Shown one piece after another: positions 55,401-64,000 of a DNA stretch of 64,000 nt (the first letter of the stretch is position 1; every line of letters starts with the position of its first letter). The notes under the pieces were generated by a model. That model did no database searches. It had not been told where the DNA came from and worked only from the letters and a program-made list of their open reading frames with translations. Where the stretch lies: assembly GCA_043228905.1 (NCBI GenBank), contig JBHGNT010000011.1, positions 18,786,001 through 18,850,000 of the forward strand, given 5' to 3'. Position numbers and translations under genes: made by a program. This DNA comes from Azolla caroliniana (taxonomy: Eukaryota; Plantae; Polypodiophyta).

Positions 55401-58400
55401 GTTTCTGACTTGTATAAAATGGCAAGAACCCTCATGTAAAAAGGGCCTTTGCACCCCCAGCTTTGGGGCTACCTTTTGGTTCTCATCCTCTCCCTTTCAC
55501 TATGGGTCATTTTCCTCCATGCAGCTTTTCTGCACTAAATGTGAGGAATGTGACAACTAGTGTAATTCCCGGTTCTGCCCTCAAAAGAACATCCTATTTT
55601 CATAGTTTTAGCAGAGAGAATATCCTGTGTTCATAGTTCTAGCATAAAGAAATTGAAATACACATGCCAAACATCTAGAAAACAATAAGTGCAGAAGAAT
55701 ATATGTTATAACGCTGCTCAGACATTGAGATGACACGATAGAAATCTACTCAGGTGTCTTAATAGTGTAGATAAATACATGTGTATACAAGAAACAAAAT
55801 AGATGATATCTCCAGCACATGGAGAAGACATGGTCAAACTGAGATAAAATGAGAACAATTTATTTAATTGGGAAAAAAAGGAGGATAGCTCAATTTTCTA
55901 AAAATTGGGAATTCTACATGATTATGTTCAATATACAGGAGTTTGCTAGAGTAGATACCAGTACATTCTTTTTTAACTATTTTTCACCAGTTGTGTTTGA
56001 ATTTCCAATGTATTGTGGAGAAACACCAAATTCACAAAATACAAAACATAATTCCCACTTGGTAAGCACTCAGTATGTGAACTCTTAAATACCTACTACG
56101 TCAGAATAGCCAAACATGTGCCCATATGAATACAGCAATTCTTACTCAAGACGCCCACAAAATCATAATATGTTCTCAAATGCACATTCTTTGTTCAAAT
56201 ACGAGCTCAATGTCTAGCATAAAATATTCAACCCACACATAAACCTCAAACATCGTCATAATGGTTGCTATCACCATTATGTAAGCTAGAGGCCAACAAC
56301 ACAATAGTTGTTCAAGAATTCCAAAAACTATTACACAAACAACTTGTTGTTTTCAAAGAATCACATGCAAGATATGTTCATGAACTTTTCTAGGACTTTT
56401 GCTCAAAGATTCATGATATGAGTGTCAACAAGATTTACAAACTCTTGTAATTTCAACTAATAGAGTTTGAAATTACCCAAATTCTTGACATTTATTACCT
56501 AATCTGATAGAGCTTGTGGAATTCAACCATCACATATCTGTGCAAGTGCTCGACATTTGAAGCATAAGTAAATATAAAAAAATTGTGCTGCTCAATTTGA
56601 GAGGTTGATTTGGTAATGGAATAACTACCTCTCCAGCACTTTCCAGCTCTTCATTTGTTGCACCGGCCCAGAGAGGATGCTCCTTGAACGTTATTTCCAT
56701 ACTGGCCAAAAAATCTTGTACACTTTTACTGTCACTTTCTGGATTAGGAGGCTTGCCTGACAGATCATTGATGAAACTGCATTGACAAATAAGATCAAAT
56801 ATCTTCAATGTGGCTAATTGTTTCAAATGTCTATAGTTTTGTTCATCAAATTTGGGGCAGCTGCCTGTAAGTATATTTACAAATTGCTCTTATTCACAAA
56901 TGAAAACCTCCAATCTAGATTTCAGTGAAATATGGTATATTTTGTCAAATATTCACATGGGTAAGCATGCAAAATGTGTTATTTAACATACCTAAAATAA
57001 CAAGGGAAATCAGTAGCTGAATGTAAAGAGAGGCAGGTGGAAAATCAGAGACATTGCACGTCAGTTAACATTCCCAAGTATTGAAGAAGAGATGGGGTTT
57101 CCCCATTAAGAAACATAAAAAAAGGGATTCAGTTTCCAAGGCTCAAAATCGCAATTTCCAGCAAGTATGTTTTGACTAGGTGGATGAAGTATCTTGATGA
57201 AGTAGTCATAGAGTTGACAAAAATGCATCTTCACCGCTGCAATGTATTCAGCCCTCAAAACAATTTCCCTCCCAAATCATGAACAAAACTTCAAGAGACG
57301 TTGCATTGAAGTGCATTTCTCTAGATTTCTTTTTCTGCTTTACTATGAGAAAGTAGATATGAACCTTGTTGCATTACTGAAGCTTAAATGAAAATGAACT
57401 GCATGGACTATCCTATAAACTGCTAATATTGCTGCTCCAGAAGATATTTATTTCACACGAGTGAATCCAATAATTGATGATATCAACTGAGGCACCTACT
57501 CAGGCTATGGAGAATCTATGTAGGCTTCCCAATAATGTTTGAAGCAATCTACTGACCATTATCTTCTCAATGGCAAATCCAATGAATGAAAAAGACACAT
57601 ATTTGTACATTTTATTTAGATTTGATCAGAACTTCCGGGTATGCTTGAAACAATCCTGATTGCAAGTCAGTTGGCAAACTGAATCAAATGAATGGCAGTG
57701 GAACTTGATGATTCCCGTTTTAGTCTCATTAATACCCATCTCAAAATCAAATCCAATGAATGACAGAGAGCTGTTTAGAACGATGTACTTCCATAAATTG
57801 AATCATCTATGTTAAGCAGAAAGTATTTGGTGTTCAAAACATGCTTAAAGAAATTTGGTTGGCACAAATTGGAACACCTACTAAGCCAAATACAATAAAT
57901 AAAACAACATCAATCGATATAAATTGGAATATCTACATAGACTGAATGAATCAACGTAGATTGTCAGAAATTGAAACATATACTTGAGGCTTCATTTGGC
58001 CTTCCAAACATGCTTAAAGCAATATAATTGACATAAATTACATCAGTTAAAAAAATACAATAAATGAATCACTGTCTATAGACATAAATTTTGGAGTCTA
58101 CTTAGGCAAATAAAATGAATGAATCAGTGTCTATTGTCATAAATTGAAACATCTACTCGAGTTTTCATGGTATGCCTAAAGGACAGTTTTGGTTCTCAAA
58201 TGAAAATCCAATGAATGAATGAAATAGATACATATTTTGAGCTATACAGCCATGGAGCACCAACATTATTTAAGTCTTGAATAGAAATACAAAGAATGGA
58301 ACAGAGATGCCCATGCTATCGAATTTATATTCAGTCTATACTAAAGCTAATGAAAGTGTTTATTAGAAAATCCAGATTATTCCTGAAAGACCATCATTAT

Positions 58401-58707
58401 TGATGGAACGATCGAAAATAAGATAAAACATTGTTCATCAAAGACCAGAAATTTTCATGAAATATCGTCATGTCAAACCCTCATTTTACAGATCTATTCT
58501 GCATATAACTTCAAAGCATTTCCCCCCTCTTCAGAACTTCGAGTGGCCACCTATGTTTTCCTTCATTATGAAATGTTAAGTGAGGAGAGATAGATAGATA
58601 GATTATATTATCGTCTTCGGAGAGAGAGAGATTTACCTCCTAATGGATCGCACAAGGTCAGCTGCAGATGGATTTCTCATACGATCCATGAAGTCGTGAA
58701 ATTCCAT
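52432..58707 (-). CDS. VPS9A: VPS9-domain Rab5 guanine nucleotide exchange factor, VPS9a-like, 473 aa, 5 exons
   Basis: Exons 58637-58707, 56629-56776, 54950-55120, 54617-54784 and 52432-53295 sum to 1422 nt. Motifs FHDFMDRMRNPSAADLVRSI, HPLWAGA, GLEKYLMSKLY, GADEFLPVLIYV, ANPPQLYSN and SEAAYYFTNL. Confidence 0.95.
57860..58160. repeat. Degenerate tandem repeat in VPS9a intron 1
   Basis: Recurring aaattgRaacatctact...aatgaatca...gtctat motifs. Confidence 0.55.
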
Positions 58708-58913
58708 AGCTTTGAGAAGGAGTAAGGGAGAAGAAGAATCTACGGCTTAGAATTAACCGGAGGTAGGGGGCAGCAGAATGAAACCCACGAGGAGCCTGAG
58801 GTTGGCTCTCACAGAGATAAATTCGCCCAGAGGCCAAAGAAAAGCTGAGAGAGACAGAGACAGAGACAGAGGGTCCTTTACCATGCCATGTAGTATCATT
58901 ACCGCATAGTACA

Positions 58914-59215
58914 TTACATACATACTATGTATGTATGTATATGTATGTTTGTTTGTTTGTATATGTACATATATGTAAATTGTAATAGTGTATGTATGTT
59001 TGTTTGTATGTATGGATTATGTATGTATGTATGTATGTATGTATGCAGAAGTGTTATAAACAGCAATAATAGGACATTAGTGTATGTTTGTATGTATGTA
59101 TGTATGTATGTTTGTTTGTATGTGTGTATGTGTGTATGTTTGTATGTATGTATGTATGTATATATGTATGTATGTATGTATGTTTGTTTGTTTGTTTGTA
59201 TGTGTATGTGTATAG
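58914..59215. repeat. (TATG)n/(TTTG)n compound microsatellite
   Basis: Directly visible simple repeat. Confidence 0.95.
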
Positions 59216-59300
59216 TTTCAATTTTCAAATATCATGTTTGCTCGTAAGAAATGACTACATAACATTATTAGTGTTCCAACAAATTTGACAACATTTAATC

Positions 59301-60298
59301 AAACTTCCTTAACGTAAATAGTTAGCAAAAATTCTAAGGAGGCGTTGCCATATCAGTTGAGACTCAGTACATTCCCATAAGCAATGTTTTTGAGTTTCCA
59401 TTTGTAAATGGCATCTTGCACAGGTAGAATCTACTCCCATCCTATGCAGCCATGTGCCAACCGGCAGGGCTCGGTGTACAAGTAACCACTGTACGTGCAA
59501 TATTTGATGCGGTTGTTTTCTTGCCCATAATACCACCCAGAAATTTGCAAGGAATTGGGGAGTAATACCTTGTTGATTCCAATATTGAAATGCAGTCGGT
59601 ATCACATCTCGTGTATCTGAAAGCACATGTCTTCCTAACTGTACAGAACATTGGAAAAAATTAAACTTGTTTCCCATAAAAGGATCTGTCCACTGATAAT
59701 CAATTGGATCCCACTCTAATCTGAATACTGGTTTTTTAGCCAACACCCACAACTACCATTGGTTTTCACTTGGGGCATGGTGGTTTGGACATCTCTTGTC
59801 CGTGATGCATTTCATTATGGCGTTGAATCTATGGACCATGGATTTTACACAAAATCTGGAAGTGTTCATACAATACCGTTGTTGTAATTACAGTTTATAG
59901 GAACACGAAAGGAGGTCCAACCAGCATGGGAGATATTGAGTAGTACCACTATATATCATATTTGGAAGGTTAGGTGCTCTCTTATTTTCCATCAGCTGAA
60001 AACACCACCGGCCGAATTGGTTTAAAGTACTTGGTTAGACATAGTTCATACTTTGAAGGGACAATGGGATGGTATTGTTGGAGATTCTTATGCTAAAATG
60101 GCTCAACGGCATGCGTTTATCACTATATGGAAAGCTACTCCATTCATGACAACCAACTGTGGTACTCCTTATTGGCATTTTCAACCTCCGAAATGGTTGT
60201 TTCCCCCCCCCAATCACATAGAATTTAAATCTTGTAAAATGGTTACACCAATGAAAGGATATATTCAATAAATAAATAAATAAACTTCCTTAACGTAA
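59301..60298 (+). mobile_element. 5'-truncated, 5'-inverted L1-like LINE with 17-bp TSD and (AAAT)n tail
   Basis: AAACTTCCTTAACGTAA at 59301-59317 and 60282-60298. The zf-RVT (WLLVHRALPVG..CARC..ETQKHCLWEC) is on the minus strand, while the C-terminus (WLDIVHTLKGQWD..PPKWLFPPP) and tail are on the plus strand from about 60030. Confidence 0.9.
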
Positions 60299-62830
60299 CT
60301 CACTTTTAACAAGTAACTTGGGATTTGTGTGTTTAGCTTGACTTCAATTATATCAAGTTTCAACGCATGCTTTTTTTTACTTACATTAGAGTTTATACAA
60401 AAATAAATTAGTTATTGGCTTCCACTTCAATACAATCTCTTTTATTAAAACTCAAGTCGATCTGATGTTGATGACATTAGGATGAATGGAATCCATGTTT
60501 GGCTACTTCTCCTTGGTTTAGTCTTAATGTCTTTTTATATACCATGATGATTATCTATATCCTTTCCTCCATTTACGAGGGACGATTGTCATTCACTTTT
60601 GGCCATATATTTCTCACTTCCAAATCTACCTTCTTTTGATTCAATATAGCATATACTCCATGTTAACATCCACCGTTGTTTTATAATCCTTCCTTAGTTT
60701 GGCTTCCATAAAAGACTAATATTAACTATTCCCTTGTGACCCTTCCTTCCATCAAACAAAAGAACTTGTGGATAGATGAACTCTCTCCCCATATGATAGG
60801 CAACTTGAACCTTTGCAAGGTTCAATCTTGCTTTCGAGCTTTGCAGTGATTTGAATTCATCTATTATTCGCAGCTTGGTACTTTGTAGCAACTTCAATAC
60901 CATGGAACTAAAAAAACAATATTGGTTTTAGAATTGACTATGAGATGATAAATACACGGTACTTCCCGTGAAGGGTTGATTGTGACCCATATGAGCCATA
61001 GTAATATCCAATCTCACTAAATACAAATCTTGTTTTTTGTTATGTTGCTCTTACATTGATAGTTGTGTTGTAGATGGGCCAAGTTAGGGGTTTGCAATTC
61101 ATATATCAAGTTGTTTAGGCTTCATAAATCTTTATATGCATTTTTACCCATTGTGATCATATGTTTGTGATGGTTAATGTTATGGAGCATGTAACTTCAT
61201 TCTCGATGTTCATCTAGTAGAGAGACATCATTACCAACACTAAACACATAAATATCTTGCATCTTTCTACTAGTTGATGTGGTGATTTCCCTACAACCCA
61301 TGACATGACAAATGACTTCTCATTAAACTTGCCAATGGAAGCTTGGCACAACAATGGACCTCTATATCTAGCCCCGATGTGATTTGTTACCAATAGTTGA
61401 GGCAAACTAAATCCCATATGGTCATCAATCACACTTGCCCATTGTTCGTTCAGTCACAATCTTTAGGATAAGGTTATCCAAATTACTCTAGCCAACCAAA
61501 AACCAAAATCTTAAGCGTGAATAATCTTGGCAACACTTTATTCAACATCTCCTTTTGTGTCATATCCCCCACTTGTTTCCAGAAAGAATAAACAACCAAT
61601 AACTTGTTGCAAAGGGTTAACAAATCTTGATTTAAGTTAGAGATGTTAAGTATGCCAAGTTGTTCTCTCATATCGAGCTAGCATTGTGCTTGGGTTAGAG
61701 AGAAAACATTTGTAAGTTCAACCCAAAGTCATTGACGCACGAATTAGATGAGCAACACAGGAAGACATAAGAAGATAGAGACGTAGTATGGTGGTGCAAC
61801 AACACAATTGTAGCATAGGATTTTATAATCTATATGTTCACAATGATGTCCACGTCGAGGTACTCGAAAGGAGCAAGGCCCTTTGACCTTTATTGTGCCA
61901 ATACATTCAGTCAATCTACATATCAGTACCTTGCAAGATCATGTAATTGTTAATGTTGTGCCCTTCCCACAACCCACGACATTAATGAATAGCAATCAAC
62001 GATGCTTACTAGCCATGCAATATATTCCTTATGTTGTATAAAAATGTGCACATCGTGGTTGATCCAATCCTTCAAACTCTTCACAGTTTGCTAGCCATCG
62101 CTTGTGATTTTCCAAAGGAGGGGAGGCAAGCCACAAGGAAGGGAAAGCTGCAGTGAAAAGAGCTCGGGTCCGCCCTATGCATGTAATAATGCTTGCCCAT
62201 GACTGACTGGAGTAGCGAAATTATTGTTAGAAAGATGTCCACACCTAATATGAAAGTCGAGTTTGTTGGATTGGACCCATACGATTGATTGTGCATGTGT
62301 GGGATACATACATCCAAGGACATGGCAGGATGGGAGAGTTGTCTTGCCTCCTGAATACTCAACATACATGTATGTATAATGTACAATATAGAGAGAGAGA
62401 TAGGCCACATTGCATATGATGTCTAGGTGTCTTCTCTACTCTTGCTTGCATATTGCTAAGTAAGGAAAGATGAAGCAAATGATGTGAAGTCTTTTTTTTG
62501 TTCTTATCAGAAGCCAAATTGCCCCCATTTTGTCCTCATTGTAGGAAATAGGGAGGGTGGAAGTTGGGTATAAAAATTCCATCACAGACTTCTTCTGCTT
62601 GTTTTCCTCATCATCGCGGGGATGGTGTTTTACCCTTCCTTCCATTCCATGTCCTTATGAAGTATTTATCCCTATCTTTTATATGAGTTGCAGAGAGTCT
62701 TTCCGAGTACAACGTCGATTTAGTTCTCAAATCCAGGTAATGTTTTGTTTTTCTACTTTCTACAGTTCTTTTTCTGATAGTTCTTTATTATTGTTGTTGT
62801 CTAGAAATAATTTATATTTGCATAGATCAA

Positions 62831-62881
<51 letters not shown>

Positions 62882-62929
62882 CCATCATCACTGTATATTC
62901 TTTAGATTAGGTATGGACTCACCATCTGA

Positions 62930-63950
62930 ATGGATTCCGCATTTTTTTTCGTAATGACCCAACTTCTCGAATAAAAATGAATCAGAAAAGGTTTGGTGAA
63001 ATCCAACCCTTCATTTCTTGAAAAAATTACTTTGTATATGTTTTCTGAAATCAAAACCCACCTCATGAAAACATGAGTTTTCCAAAGGTTTTATGAAATT
63101 AAACCGACCTCTTGAAAAAATGAACTTGCAAAGGTTGTTAATGAAATCAAATCCATGTTCCTGACTGGAATGTATATCTAGTGAGATTAAAGTGCGAGGC
63201 TTTTTATGTCTATACCCAATCTATTTTGAACATGATATTGTATCTGTAGAGTACATCTCTTAGAAATCAACCTACGTCTGATGTTTAAATTTGTAAGAAA
63301 CCCCCTTTGTGATGTTTGATTTTGCGAAGGTTTTGAAATGAGCCTATTCTAGATATTGAAAAATTGCAAGGAGTTTTTTGTGCATCCAAATAAATATTTG
63401 CATGGCTGCACTTATGTTTGTGGAACTAATGGCCAAATGTCTCACATATACGTAGATAAACTTTATGAGTCTTCACTAGTGTCAGAAATCAACAGTCTTC
63501 TTCATACATTTTTTTTGTAACAGACCTAATTCTTGAGATTAGATAGATTTGCAACATGAACCTGATTCTGGATATTGAATTTGCATAGAGTTCGTTTTTT
63601 CCTCACTTGGTCAAATTTTTTTTTTGGGTGCAGTTATTTGATGTTGCTAATGCCCAAATGTGTTCTGTGCATGTATTTGTAGTGCAAATTTGAGAGTACT
63701 CATTGCTGTCTGTAATGAACCAGTTCCTCGTATAAAGTTTGGATGGAGCTATTTCTTATGTAGATTGAATGAAATGTTTCGGTAATTGTAGATAAACATT
63801 TGGAGTCATCCCTCACCAATACACTTCTTGATATTGAGTAGCAACATCTTTTGAAATGAGACCAGTTCCTGATATTTTCATTCACAACGATGAACCCAAC
63901 TCCAGATATTGAATTTGCATGGAGTTTGTTTCCCTTTATCTTCATCAAAA
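62930..63950. repeat. Highly degenerate tandem repeat region
   Basis: Variants of gaacc...ccagatattgaatttgcaWRgagtt and aaggtttt...gaaat recur across the stretch. Confidence 0.5.
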
Positions 63951-64000
63951 TGTTTTCATAGTTACAATTATTTGGCGTATCTAAATCCAAAATGTTGTCT

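Noticed and set aside
58914-59288. ORFs rich in H/T/Y/I or M/Y/V/C
   Set aside because: They are translations of the (TATG)n microsatellite.

Overview
Eukaryotic land-plant nuclear DNA, inferred to be a seed-free plant such as a fern (species not determinable from the sequence). There are four spliced host genes. On the minus strand: a 15-exon UPL1/UPL2-type HECT E3 ligase (4208-18684, about 3754 aa, one 7.8-kb exon), a 9-exon MYST acetyltransferase of the HAM1/2 type (44763-50504) and a 5-exon VPS9a-type Rab5 GEF (52432-58707). On the plus strand: the 3' exons of an eIF1AD-like gene (41659-43110), just after a 100-N gap. A retroelement island spans about 20.8-41 kb. It holds an old Copia that has been hit by several LTR insertions, and a very young intact Tnt1/Tork-like Copia (28369-33971). 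The most notable unannotated signals are: (1) a tandem cluster of four intact plus one decayed C/D-box snoRNAs in HAM intron 3, with a conserved guide matching 5.8S rRNA; (2) a non-coding TRIM-like element whose LTRs carry a tRNA-like/Pol III module and which lacks a tRNA primer-binding site; (3) an L1 insertion with a 5' inversion and a 17-bp TSD. All calls were made by eye, without database searches.
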